A DNA stretch of 64,000 bases from a bacterium (lineage in GTDB: Bacteria; Zhuqueibacterota; Zhuqueibacteria; Residuimicrobiales; Krinioviventaceae): NCBI GenBank assembly GCA_963675755.2, contig CAXXMD010000003.1:3456001-3520000 (forward strand), given 5' to 3'. Every line of letters begins with the position of its first letter. The first letter of the stretch is position 1. The position numbers were made by a program, and so were the translations under genes. Positions 21,929-31,523 of the stretch are shown here, in pieces. The notes under the pieces were generated by a model. That model had not been told where the DNA came from, searched no databases, and saw only the letters and a program-made list of their open reading frames with translations.

Positions 21929-22909
21929 ATGAAAAAAGGTCTTATTCAACTTGTGTTGTTGATAATGGTCGGTTTTTTATTCGCAGCAGGAAATTCAACA
22001 GATATTGATCAGACAAATAATTTTAATCAAGCAAATGTAACCCAAACCGGAAATGATAATGTAGCTGATGTAGATCAAATTAGCACTGCTACAAGCAGTA
22101 GTGAGAGTAACATTGCAGAAATAACTCAAGCCAGTAATAATAATGATTTTATTATTGACCAAACCGGCAAGTCTAATGTTGCAATTATGAGTAATGAGAT
22201 CAGAGATGGTGCAGTCTCCAAAGTCTATCAGAATGGTGTTGATAACCGAGCTGAAGCAGAACTGATATCAAGTGGTGTCCTGGCAGGTAAAAGTTTTACA
22301 TCATTTCAAGAACAGATTGGAAATCATAATGTGACTTCCAGAATTAAAATGGATGGAATTAACAGTAGTACATATAATTTTCAATTTGGTGACTATAACC
22401 ACTCACATACTTCAATTGCAGGTGACAATAACTGGACCTTGGTAACCCAAGGTGTAAATTCTGCTGCTGCAAATCACAATTATGTTTATAGTGAGACCGA
22501 TGGTGACAATAATGATGTGATTGTTGATCAGGTAGGTGATTATAACAATACTATTATTGTGCAGGAATACCAATCTAATACAAGTATTGTTGATCTGGAT
22601 CAAACAAATGGTTCGAATGCAACAATTAAGCAGAATTCTCTCAATATGGACAAGAATTATCAAAATGTTGTAAAATTGAACCAAACCAACAGTTCCTTTG
22701 CTACAATTAACCAAGGTGGTAGCAATGGCGGTGGTTATAATATTGTTAAAGGATTAGGCACTGCGGAATTTGGACAATCGTTGAATGGTAGTATCTTGGA
22801 CATTGATCAAATTGGTAATCATAATGTTGTAAGCTTGTACCAGGATGATGGTATTGCTACTGTTAGCCAAACTGGTAACAGTAATGATGTAATTATACAT
22901 CAATATTGA
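21929..22909 (+). CDS. Curlin repeat protein 7
   Basis: ATG at 21929 gives an MKK signal peptide; curlin repeats; shares a C-terminal GQSLNGS motif with curlin 1. Confidence 0.88.
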   Translation: MKKGLIQLVLLIMVGFLFAAGNSTDIDQTNNFNQANVTQTGNDNVADVDQISTATSSSESNIAEITQASNNNDFIIDQTGKSNVAIMSNEIRDGAVSKVYQNGVDNRAEAELISSGVLAGKSFTSFQEQIGNHNVTSRIKMDGINSSTYNFQFGDYNHSHTSIAGDNNWTLVTQGVNSAAANHNYVYSETDGDNNDVIVDQVGDYNNTIIVQEYQSNTSIVDLDQTNGSNATIKQNSLNMDKNYQNVVKLNQTNSSFATINQGGSNGGGYNIVKGLGTAEFGQSLNGSILDIDQIGNHNVVSLYQDDGIATVSQTGNSNDVIIHQY

Positions 22910-22994
22910 TTGCAAATTATTAAGATTTCTTTTTTAAGATTGTTTGCCATATGAAAGTGGATTATTCATGGTGAGCAAAACCGTAAGGGTAAAA

Positions 22995-23918
22995 ATGAAA
23001 TTACTAAAATTTATAATTGTTCTAATTTTTACAGTAACGTTGCATCTTTATGCACAATATGATGTTAAAGTTGAACAGGATGGAAATAATAATGAGATTC
23101 TTGTTAATCAATCCGGATTGTTCAACAAGATCAATGTTTTACAACGAACTGACAATTCCCGTTCCGTAATAAACCAGGACGGAACGGGTAATGTCATTGC
23201 TCAAATCAATGAAAATTCTGATTCGGGTGCAATAACCAAACAAAAAGTCGTTCAAGATGGTGATTTCAATTATGCATCCCAGGTATCGTTAAAGGGAACA
23301 GGCTGGGGAGAACAGAGAATTCACCAAACTGGCAGTTATAATAATGCAACTCAGCTGCGTTTGGGCGATGTTTCTTCTGCTATTATTACTCAAGCTGGAA
23401 ATAATAACAATGCATCTGAAAACTTATGGATCCATGCTGAAAATGCAACTGCCAAAATAATTCAAGATGGCGATTATAATTATTCAAGAATTGATATTGA
23501 TGGATCTCAAGCTCTTGCAGATTATAATGCTGCATTAATTGAAACACATGGTAACAGCAATGGTTGTGAATGTTCTCCTGTGAGGATTAATCTTGTAGGT
23601 GATAATCATTCAGCCAAGATATTGCAAGGAACAAAAGGCGATATTGATAACAATAATGCTGTAATTAGATTGGTTGGAATTTATAGTAATGCCGATACAG
23701 GAAATAAAGCTACTATTTCTCAGGAATATGGTAATGGCAATGAAGCACAAATTACTTCAATTGGTATGCAAAATGGTAGTAATACAGAAAACGGATTGCT
23801 GATTCAACAACAAGGATCAAATAATTATGGCGATTTGCAGGTTTATGGTATGGGGTTGGGAGGTAGTATAATACAGATAGGTGATAATATGTCCGTACGA
23901 GTTATTCGTACAAATTAA
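22995..23918 (+). CDS. Curlin repeat protein 8 (possible CsgB-like nucleator)
   Basis: Signal peptide, more degenerate repeats, Arg-containing last strand (SVRVIRTN). Confidence 0.8.
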   Translation: MKLLKFIIVLIFTVTLHLYAQYDVKVEQDGNNNEILVNQSGLFNKINVLQRTDNSRSVINQDGTGNVIAQINENSDSGAITKQKVVQDGDFNYASQVSLKGTGWGEQRIHQTGSYNNATQLRLGDVSSAIITQAGNNNNASENLWIHAENATAKIIQDGDYNYSRIDIDGSQALADYNAALIETHGNSNGCECSPVRINLVGDNHSAKILQGTKGDIDNNNAVIRLVGIYSNADTGNKATISQEYGNGNEAQITSIGMQNGSNTENGLLIQQQGSNNYGDLQVYGMGLGGSIIQIGDNMSVRVIRTN

Positions 23919-24053
23919 AATAGAATAATTCCAGCATATTTCTCAATATTATTGCCTGATGGTTTAATTCATGTCATTCACACACTATTATCTTGCCAAA
24001 ATAAATGAGTATGACAGAGTTTATGAACAGGTTTTACTAACTCTAATGAATAG

Positions 24054-25145
24054 ATGAGAAATTCAATTGGTAAATACATATATTATTTCATGCTTTTATC
24101 TTTTCCCTTTTCTACAACAACTGCGCAGGAAATTTTAACTGTAATTCCCAATACAATACAATTGGATCTGGTACCCGGCTATTTAGAAGTGGTTGATATT
24201 AAAGTAATGAATACATTTGAAAATGATCTGCAAATTCAAGTTGAATATGATACGACATGGGTAGATATTTCTCCATTCGAATTCAGTCTTTTACCTGGAA
24301 ATATGACTCAATTGCTTGTCTTTTTTTTCATTCCAACAGGTCAAACACCGGTTTCGAATGGTTCAATTGTTTTTAAAAATAAAAACAATCACCAGATTTT
24401 AAATAAAATCGATCTAATTCTAGACTCAACATTAGCCAAATCTCCATATACTGATGAACGAGATACACAGTACACGAATAATGATAATTATATTGATCCG
24501 AAAATACTAGAGCTGCAACAACAAATACAAAAAGACCAACTGATGATCTCTGACCTTCAAAGTCAATTAAACAAAAAAGATTTAGAAATTGCCAAGCTAT
24601 TAGATGCAAATGGATCAAACTCGGATGAATTCGTACTTGCTCCTTTTCCCAAGATTGCTGAAAATCAATCATTGGGTTTTGATGCGCTCAATTCATTATA
24701 CAAAGTATTGCTTCGGGAAATGAATTCTGATCTAAAAAATAATAAAGCAGTACTTGACTTTTCCCAAAATAAAATATATTTTTCTATCTCAGGAGAGATC
24801 GCATTTATTTCTGGTGGAAAGTATTTGAGATTGGAAGGGGAAAGGGTGTTGAATCGATTTTCAAGCGTGTTGAAAAATTTTTCATATAAAGATTTCAAGA
24901 TTATGGTTGTTGGGCATACGGATTCGGTGCAATATAAAGATGGTATGCAGCAAGAAACTTTTGGTAATTGGGAACTATCTGCCCTTAGATCTGTCAAAGT
25001 TATCAAGCATTTACAAAAAATGGCTGATTATCCTGGTACCAATTTGCTTGCATCAAGCCAGGCATCATATTCACCTATTGCCCCCAATAATACAAAAACT
25101 GGAAGAGTCGCAAATCGAAGAATTGAAATTATTATTTCCTATTAA
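24054..25145 (+). CDS. Exported protein: Ig-like domain, coiled coil and OmpA/MotB peptidoglycan-binding domain
   Basis: VGHTD...NWELSALRS...PIAPNNT..GRVANRRIEI. Confidence 0.85.
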   Translation: MRNSIGKYIYYFMLLSFPFSTTTAQEILTVIPNTIQLDLVPGYLEVVDIKVMNTFENDLQIQVEYDTTWVDISPFEFSLLPGNMTQLLVFFFIPTGQTPVSNGSIVFKNKNNHQILNKIDLILDSTLAKSPYTDERDTQYTNNDNYIDPKILELQQQIQKDQLMISDLQSQLNKKDLEIAKLLDANGSNSDEFVLAPFPKIAENQSLGFDALNSLYKVLLREMNSDLKNNKAVLDFSQNKIYFSISGEIAFISGGKYLRLEGERVLNRFSSVLKNFSYKDFKIMVVGHTDSVQYKDGMQQETFGNWELSALRSVKVIKHLQKMADYPGTNLLASSQASYSPIAPNNTKTGRVANRRIEIIISY

Positions 25146-25176
25146 ATATATTTTGACTGTCAAACTCTGCCATTAA

Positions 25177-26679
25177 ATGAGGTACGAAATGAAACTGAAT
25201 GCAATGAAATGGATAATGCCTGTTGTGATAGCTCTGCTGGTTTTGATTAGTTGTACAGAAGATCCAATTGAACCTGAAACTACCGGAAGTATTAGCGGTC
25301 AGGTAATACATTCTGAAACATTAGAACCAATTTCTGGTGCAAACATTACGACAACACCTGCTACTATAGCAGTCAATACAGACAATTCCGGTAACTATAT
25401 AATTGAAGGAGTTGAAGAAGGAACAGTTACTGTTAAAGCTACGAAAACCGGATTTAAATCTTCTTCAATTAGTATACTGGTTGAACCCAGTAAGAATACA
25501 ATAGCCAATATACAGATGTCTGAATCCACACAGACCAATGATGCCCCCAATTCCCCATATAGCCCTGTACCTGCAAATGGAGCAAGTGATCAGGCCGCAA
25601 GTATTACTTTGACGTGGCGTGCAAGTGATCCCAATTCTGGCGATACATTGTATTACGATGTATATCTGGGTAATTCAGGCCCCATGCATTTAATTTCAGA
25701 AAATCAATCAGATACCACCCTGGGATTAACAGCTTTGAGTTATGGACACACCTATCATTGGCAGATTGTAGCCAAAGATCAGGAAGGTTTGGAAACCAAC
25801 AGCCCGGCATGGAGTTTTACTACTGCTGATTTTCCCAGGTATCCCATTGTTTTTGCATCCAATGTAGATGGTAACTATAATATCTTTACCGGTTCTAGTG
25901 ATGGAGCTGATTCAATTCGACTGACTATTGATCCGGGCAGAGATTGGTATCCGCGTTTTAGCCCGAATCGTGAGAAAATAGCATTTACTTCGAATCGTAA
26001 TGTTGAATCGCAACTGTTTATTATGAATTATGATGGAAGCGATCTTGAGCAAATATCGAGTATACCTGTTGTAGGATATAATAATTATGGAACAGGATTT
26101 TGTTGGGACCCGACAGGGCATAAATTATTATATGCAAATTATGAAAAATTATACAGGATTGATTCGGATGGAGATCAGTTAACACAGATTGCTACAGCAC
26201 CCGAAAATCGTAATTTTTACGAAATAGATTGGTCACCTGTTGGTGGAAAAATAGCGGCAATTACTGTGGGAAGTAATGTTTATGATACTGAGTTATATAT
26301 AATGAATGAAAATGGATCCAATATGACCTTGTTGCTTGATAATGCATCCGGCCGTATAGGACATCCGTCTTTTTCACCCTCCGGTGAAGAAATTGCCTAT
26401 TACTATGATGTTTCGGGATACGAAGCCGGTACCAACCGGATGCTGGACGCCCGAATCCATATTATAGATGTTGCATTGACCGATACTACGGATATTTCTC
26501 ATGGTAAACCGATCGGTACCAATGATATTGACCCTGTATGGACACCAGACGGTGCGCATATTATTTTCACCAATGTGCCCAACGACAATTCCGGCAATCC
26601 CTCGGTATGGATCATGAATACCAACGGCGAATCACGCGAGAAATTATTTGATAACGCGCAAATGCCGGACTGGAGATAA
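25177..26679 (+). CDS. Lipoprotein: carboxypeptidase-regulatory-like domain, FN3 and TolB-like PD40 propeller
   Basis: Lipobox LISC; TYHWQIVAKD; repeated PxFSP/WSP...KIAF motifs. Confidence 0.85.
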   Translation: MRYEMKLNAMKWIMPVVIALLVLISCTEDPIEPETTGSISGQVIHSETLEPISGANITTTPATIAVNTDNSGNYIIEGVEEGTVTVKATKTGFKSSSISILVEPSKNTIANIQMSESTQTNDAPNSPYSPVPANGASDQAASITLTWRASDPNSGDTLYYDVYLGNSGPMHLISENQSDTTLGLTALSYGHTYHWQIVAKDQEGLETNSPAWSFTTADFPRYPIVFASNVDGNYNIFTGSSDGADSIRLTIDPGRDWYPRFSPNREKIAFTSNRNVESQLFIMNYDGSDLEQISSIPVVGYNNYGTGFCWDPTGHKLLYANYEKLYRIDSDGDQLTQIATAPENRNFYEIDWSPVGGKIAAITVGSNVYDTELYIMNENGSNMTLLLDNASGRIGHPSFSPSGEEIAYYYDVSGYEAGTNRMLDARIHIIDVALTDTTDISHGKPIGTNDIDPVWTPDGAHIIFTNVPNDNSGNPSVWIMNTNGESREKLFDNAQMPDWR

Positions 26680-26726
26680 GGGGCCGTATTATCAGCCATC
26701 TGGAAGATTTGATAGTTATTATCTTC

Positions 26727-26760
26727 AAAGCCCCTTAAACTGTAAGGGGCTTTGTGTTTT
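26727..26760 (+). terminator. Intrinsic terminator closing the curli locus
   Basis: aaagcccctta-aactg-taaggggcttt followed by gtgtttt. Confidence 0.8.
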
Positions 26761-26855
26761 AGCAATATAATCAATCCCGGAAATGTAAAAGAAATTCCTG
26801 TTGTGCTATTCCTGTTTATCTATTATCTTGTAATTCACACAACATTATATAAAGG

Positions 26856-27377
26856 GTGAATCGTATGGCAAAAAAAGGAAAATTCAATTTCAGAGTTGTG
26901 CATCGTTACCTGGGATTCTTTTTAATGGGCATCTGGATCGTCTACGCCATAAGCGGAACAGTCCTGATATTTCGGGATACCGATTCTTTCAAGCAGGAAA
27001 AAGTAGTCACCAAAGATGTCAAGCCCAACGCCACGGAAAATGAACTGGGGCAGTTGCTGGGAATCAGACAATTCAAGGTTGAGCGGGTAGACGGGGATAT
27101 TTTATATTTTAAGAACGGCAGCTATAACAAAGTCACGGGAAAAGCGGAATACACGGTTTTGCAGCTCCCCTATATGCTTGACAGAATGACCCGCTTCCAT
27201 AAAGCCAGGTCTGCGAGTCCGTTGTTCTTTATGAACATCTTGTTTGCCGCGTCACTGCTGTTTTTTGTGATATCGGCTTTACGCATGTTTCCGCCCAAAT
27301 CCAATGTTTTTAAAAAGGGCATGATCTTTACAATTTGCGGGATTGTGTTGATGCTGCTGCTGGTGTTTTGGGGATGA
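26856..27377 (+). CDS. PepSY-associated TM-helix membrane protein
   Basis: RVVHRYLG...YAISG, FHK and three TM segments. Confidence 0.7.
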   Translation: MNRMAKKGKFNFRVVHRYLGFFLMGIWIVYAISGTVLIFRDTDSFKQEKVVTKDVKPNATENELGQLLGIRQFKVERVDGDILYFKNGSYNKVTGKAEYTVLQLPYMLDRMTRFHKARSASPLFFMNILFAASLLFFVISALRMFPPKSNVFKKGMIFTICGIVLMLLLVFWG

Positions 27378-27410
27378 TGGCATATATAATAAGAACTCTC
27401 AATATGACTT

Positions 27411-27453
27411 GCATTCCCGGAAGGATTCGAACCTTTAGCCAACGGAATGAAAG
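27411..27453 (-). other. Degenerate tRNA 3'-half (relic att site)
   Basis: 33/43 identical to 44571-44613 by hand alignment, including an intact T-arm (GGTTCGAATCC on the minus strand). Confidence 0.6.
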
Positions 27454-27927
27454 ATTTTGGAATGATCTGCAAGCTGCGACAAGGTAATGATTGTATTGAG
27501 ATTGTAATTCTTGAAATCATTTATTTTGGGCTATACATTAAAGCATGCCGGATACTTGCAGCATTTACAATTTCTTCCCATTATGGCTTAATGTAGAGAA
27601 TTATAATAAAGCACGTTAGTGTAACAATATTATTACAATCGCAGAACCGGGGGGTGCTTCTGCAAGTTGCAATGCTGCTCGTTGGTTGATTATCGAACTT
27701 GATGTTTTAAATAAAGGTTAAGATCAGATAGTCAAATAGTAAATAACGTTAATTTCCCTCAGAATAATTCATTTTGAATGTATCCATGAACAAATTTGTT
27801 ATTATTAGTGAATAAATTTTTATAACTTGCAAAGTATGGAAAAGAAACTGGATCATTTCCGGAAATTTATTCCGTAAGATTATACCCCATGTGATAGTAT
27901 AGTTTGGCAACTTGAAGGAAAGATGTA

Positions 27928-28581
27928 TTGGATATACAAATATTATTAATCGAAGATAATGATTTTTTGCGAGAAGGAATTACCGCTATGCTTACCGATC
28001 GCAGTAATTTCAAAGTTGTCGCACGAGCTAAAGATGATGATGCCTTGGATCAACTTAAAAAATTGAAAAGCCCTCCCAATATTGTCCTGCTAGACCTGGG
28101 ACTGGAAAAAGTCAATAGTCTTAAGCTAATGGCCCTTTTGAGAAAAGAATTGCCTCATGTAAAGATCATTGCCATGGACATTCTACCCAACCAGGCTAAT
28201 ATTTTAGAATTTGTAAATGCCGGGGGCTCCGGGTTTATTCTTAAAAATGCTCCGTGGAATGACTGGATTGATACAATAAAGGCTGTAGCATCAGGAGAAA
28301 AGGTCTTACCCCCGGTTTTGACGCAATCGCTCTTTACCGAAATTGTCGAGTTAACACTTGAAAACGGTAAAACTATTCCGCCTGGTTCGACCCAATTTAC
28401 AAGCCGCGAACGTGAAGTTGTTGAACTGATTGCACAAGGTATGGGTAACAAGGAAATTGCTGAAACACTTCATATCTCTACTTTTACCGTTAAAAGTCAT
28501 GTTCATAATGTTCTGGAAAAGCTGGAACTCAGCACCCGTTTACAAATTGCTGCATATGTCCGCAACGAAGGTAACCAATGA
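27928..28581 (+). CDS. NarL/LuxR-family response regulator
   Basis: IEDN receiver, LLD, and TSREREVVELIAQGMGNKEIA...TVKSHV HTH. Confidence 0.92.
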   Translation: MDIQILLIEDNDFLREGITAMLTDRSNFKVVARAKDDDALDQLKKLKSPPNIVLLDLGLEKVNSLKLMALLRKELPHVKIIAMDILPNQANILEFVNAGGSGFILKNAPWNDWIDTIKAVASGEKVLPPVLTQSLFTEIVELTLENGKTIPPGSTQFTSREREVVELIAQGMGNKEIAETLHISTFTVKSHVHNVLEKLELSTRLQIAAYVRNEGNQ

Positions 28582-28836
28582 TCAGGACTACTTTTTGATT
28601 GTTTATGCTGATCAATAATCCCCGTAAATAATATTTACTTCTCCCCAAAACATTGTTCAAATTCATGTTAGTTCAAAAATTCCTTAGAACTTGGTTTCTA
28701 ATTCCAAAGGATTAGTTCTTTTTTCATTCTTTTGGGTGATTGATTGTTTAGGGAATTATGCTTAACTACTATTAATGATTTATTTATAATAATAGATTAT
28801 GTTTTTATGACCGGATCTTTATAAAGAGGTAATACA

Positions 28837-29547
28837 ATGAAGTTAAGCACGCATTATTATATCCTCTCATTGAGTGTACAAAAGTGCATGCTTTTCGAGG
28901 GCTTTCGTGATAATCTGATTGATATTCAAAATACAAATTTTCCTTTTAATTCTTTTATTGATGTTGATGGTCCTGTTGACGAATCTGTTAGGGACACCCA
29001 ATTAAGAGAATTTTTCCGCCAAACAGACCAGCATTTTAACGTCTATTTCGATCAAGACCCGCTCCGTCTGGTAATTGTTGGCGAAATGAAAAATCTTTCT
29101 GTTTTTGAATCTCTTTTAACACATCGGGATGCATTGATTGGTCTGGTTAGAGGCAGCTTTATTTTAACTTCTCCTCAGGATTTGGGCAAGATTGTTTGGC
29201 CCTTAATTAAAAATGTAATGGCTGGTACTACAGACATTGCTCTCTGTGATCTGGCTGGTGCAGCTAGTGCAAATAATGTGGTTTTTGGAATTGATGCTGT
29301 GGGTTTGTCTGCGGAAATTAAAACAGGACTCACTTTATATGTTGAGGAAGATTATCAAGTCAAGGGAAGTATTCGTAAAGAGAACCAAAAGCTTGTACGT
29401 TCGAATCTAGTGGATATAAATGAAGTCATTGACGATGTGGTTGATCTTGTTATCGAGAAGGTATTGCAAATGGACGGAAACGTTATTTTTATGAATAATG
29501 GTTCATTATCAAAGTTTGAACGAATTGCATTAATTTTTTCAAATTAA
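28837..29547 (+). CDS. baeRF3-like protein (bacterial archaeo-eukaryotic release factor family)
   Basis: YYILSLS..., FFRQTD, PLRLVIVG, LYVEEDY, DDVVDLVIEKVLQMDGNV. Confidence 0.7.
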   Translation: MKLSTHYYILSLSVQKCMLFEGFRDNLIDIQNTNFPFNSFIDVDGPVDESVRDTQLREFFRQTDQHFNVYFDQDPLRLVIVGEMKNLSVFESLLTHRDALIGLVRGSFILTSPQDLGKIVWPLIKNVMAGTTDIALCDLAGAASANNVVFGIDAVGLSAEIKTGLTLYVEEDYQVKGSIRKENQKLVRSNLVDINEVIDDVVDLVIEKVLQMDGNVIFMNNGSLSKFERIALIFSN

Positions 29548-29581
29548 CAATTTTAATTGGAATATAGTAAGAGGTAGTAAT

Positions 29582-29854
29582 ATGAATAATAGTGACAGGC
29601 TTCTTTTTGTGGAACTTGCGATCACCCATATGGATAGTTTATACACCAATGCTATTCGTTTGACTCGTAGCGCTATTGGTGCTGAATATCTGGTACAGAA
29701 AACATATACATATGCATATTATTTTTTTACAGAGTTTGATACCAACTCTAATTTTTGTGAATGGATAAATGAGATTTTGATACTTGTTTATAAGAATGAT
29801 CACCCAAGTATTCATGAGCAGGAATATGTTAATTCAGTTCAAATTTGTGTTTGA
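29582..29854 (+). CDS. ECF sigma region-2-only small protein, or remnant
   Basis: HMDSLYTNAIRLTRS...AEYLVQKTY..AY..F..F...SNF..W resembles SigR/SigH region 2; no region 4. Confidence 0.55.
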   Translation: MNNSDRLLFVELAITHMDSLYTNAIRLTRSAIGAEYLVQKTYTYAYYFFTEFDTNSNFCEWINEILILVYKNDHPSIHEQEYVNSVQICV

Positions 29855-29982
29855 ATATAGTATGTAAAAGGTTAGAACATAATAAGGAGAATCATATTAT
29901 TCCAGGTTTTTAAGAATGAGAATTTAATTCATGTTTGTCGATAGAAATATTTAACAATTTTTTTAAATTTAAGAGGTACAAT

Positions 29983-30108
29983 ATGGGCGACAAAGGCAAA
30001 AAAGATCTCGAAAAGAGAAAGTTGCAAAAGGAACAACAGAAAAAGACCAAAAATCGAAAAAAGCAGGAAAATAAAGCGCAAACAACTCTATTTGAAGATA
30101 AAAAGTAA
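29983..30108 (+). CDS. 41-aa Lys-rich small protein (not in the ORF track)
   Basis: AGAGGT RBS; MGDKGKKDLEKRKLQKEQQKKTKNRKKQENKAQTTLFEDKK. Confidence 0.6.
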   Translation: MGDKGKKDLEKRKLQKEQQKKTKNRKKQENKAQTTLFEDKK

Positions 30109-30247
30109 TATCTGTCCCGAGGAACAAACTTTTGCTGATTATTTCCAGAAATTTGAAAAGGGAAAACTGTTAAATATTGCTTAAAATTAAAAAGCAGCAA
30201 GCCAATAAAAAATCAGAACATTAAAGATGTAAAAGAGAAAGAACAGA

Positions 30248-30568
30248 GTGAAAATGCATAGCGAGGGTAATCTTATTTTTGTAGGAATAAAAATCAGTGA
30301 AAAGCTTCAGGAACAGCTTGATGCAAGCAAGGATTCTGTAAAACCTTATTTTGGAGATAATAATCCGGAATTTCTTCAGATAACTCGAATCGACAATGAA
30401 GAATACATAGGAAAAGAGATTATGAGTGGATCTTCCCTGGAAAAATTAAGCAATATTCAAAAGAATGTAAAAACTATGCTTGGAATGATATGTCCCCGGT
30501 TTCAATTTACCGACAGTTCAATTGTTATAATGGCCATTCACTCTATATCCAGGAGCACTTTTTACTAA
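30248..30568 (+). CDS. Hypothetical protein
   Basis: 106-aa ORF with protein-like composition, co-oriented with neighbours. Confidence 0.6.
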   Translation: MKMHSEGNLIFVGIKISEKLQEQLDASKDSVKPYFGDNNPEFLQITRIDNEEYIGKEIMSGSSLEKLSNIQKNVKTMLGMICPRFQFTDSSIVIMAIHSISRSTFY

Positions 30569-30644
30569 TGAGTACCAGAGGTTGTTACTTGGATTCGAAT
30601 TATAAAAATGTAATAATGAACAATATAATTAAAAGGAAAATACA

Positions 30645-30926
30645 ATGAACATTTATGTTAGTAATCTATCATTCGATGTAACCGAAGATGATTTACGAGA
30701 ACCGTTTGAAGCTTTTGGCAAGATTGACTCCGTTAGAGTTGTTAAAGACAAATACAGTGGTGAATCGAAAGGTTTTGGATTTGTTGAAATGCCTTCAAAA
30801 AATGAAGGGCAGTCAGCAATCGATGGCTTACATGGTAAGGAATTGAAAGGAAAAAGTCTCAATGTTAATGAGGCCAGGTCCCGATCAGATAGAGATAAAC
30901 GTCATGGTGGCAAAAGTCGTTTTTAG
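30645..30926 (+). CDS. RRM RNA-binding protein
   Basis: RNP2 IYVSNL and RNP1 KGFGFVEM. Confidence 0.95.
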   Translation: MNIYVSNLSFDVTEDDLREPFEAFGKIDSVRVVKDKYSGESKGFGFVEMPSKNEGQSAIDGLHGKELKGKSLNVNEARSRSDRDKRHGGKSRF

Positions 30927-31156
30927 ATAATGAATCTATGAATAACATTACATCGTGAATCCCGAACACATTGCGTAGAAAAAAACTCATGGCTTACCTT
31001 TGAAAAAGTTTAAACCTTACAATAATAAAAAAACTTTGTTTGGTTTTTAAAAATCATGAGTTTAGACTTGAAAAGCAGAGTTGCGAGTAAGCTGTCTACA
31101 ATTTTCGTCAGAATATTTCACTGTCAGGTAAAATTTAAAAAAGAGGATTATAATTT

Positions 31157-31354
31157 ATGTCGAATTCAGAAAACATTCGAGGAGGATCACGTACTCCTGG
31201 TGGTCGAGTGAGAGATTTTTTTTCCTGGCTGAGTGGACTTTGGTCACCTAAATATACTCCCCAAAGATCACGCTATGGAGATAATGGTAGAAAATTCATG
31301 AACCGGAATTCAGATCCCGAAGCCAGGATACACGATAATGTAAAGGACCAATAA
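31157..31354 (+). CDS. Small hypothetical protein
   Basis: AGAGGA RBS; 65-aa ORF. Confidence 0.4.
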   Translation: MSNSENIRGGSRTPGGRVRDFFSWLSGLWSPKYTPQRSRYGDNGRKFMNRNSDPEARIHDNVKDQ

Positions 31355-31523
31355 AGGATGTAACACAGAATTTGAATGATTACATTGAAAAAAATAAATA
31401 AAAAAAATGTCAATTATCAGGTGTGTTATTGTATCTCTTAACAGAATGCTGTTAATCTTGAGAAAAGGACAGTAGCTGATGAGTTACATTGGTATCTAAT
31501 CCAGTTTTAGCATTTAATAGACA

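Noticed and set aside
12922-23918. Ice-nucleation, RTX or autotransporter repeats; DGR-like variable repeats
   Set aside because: The repeat consensus and csgEFG context fit curlin. The paralogs are diverged throughout and no reverse transcriptase is present.
24054-25145. Flagellar stator motB
   Set aside because: No motA or flagellar genes nearby, and no N-terminal TM helix with the conserved Asp.
27928-28581. csgD
   Set aside because: Generic NarL-type regulator with an intact receiver, lying beyond the curli terminator and the relic att site; no specific evidence.
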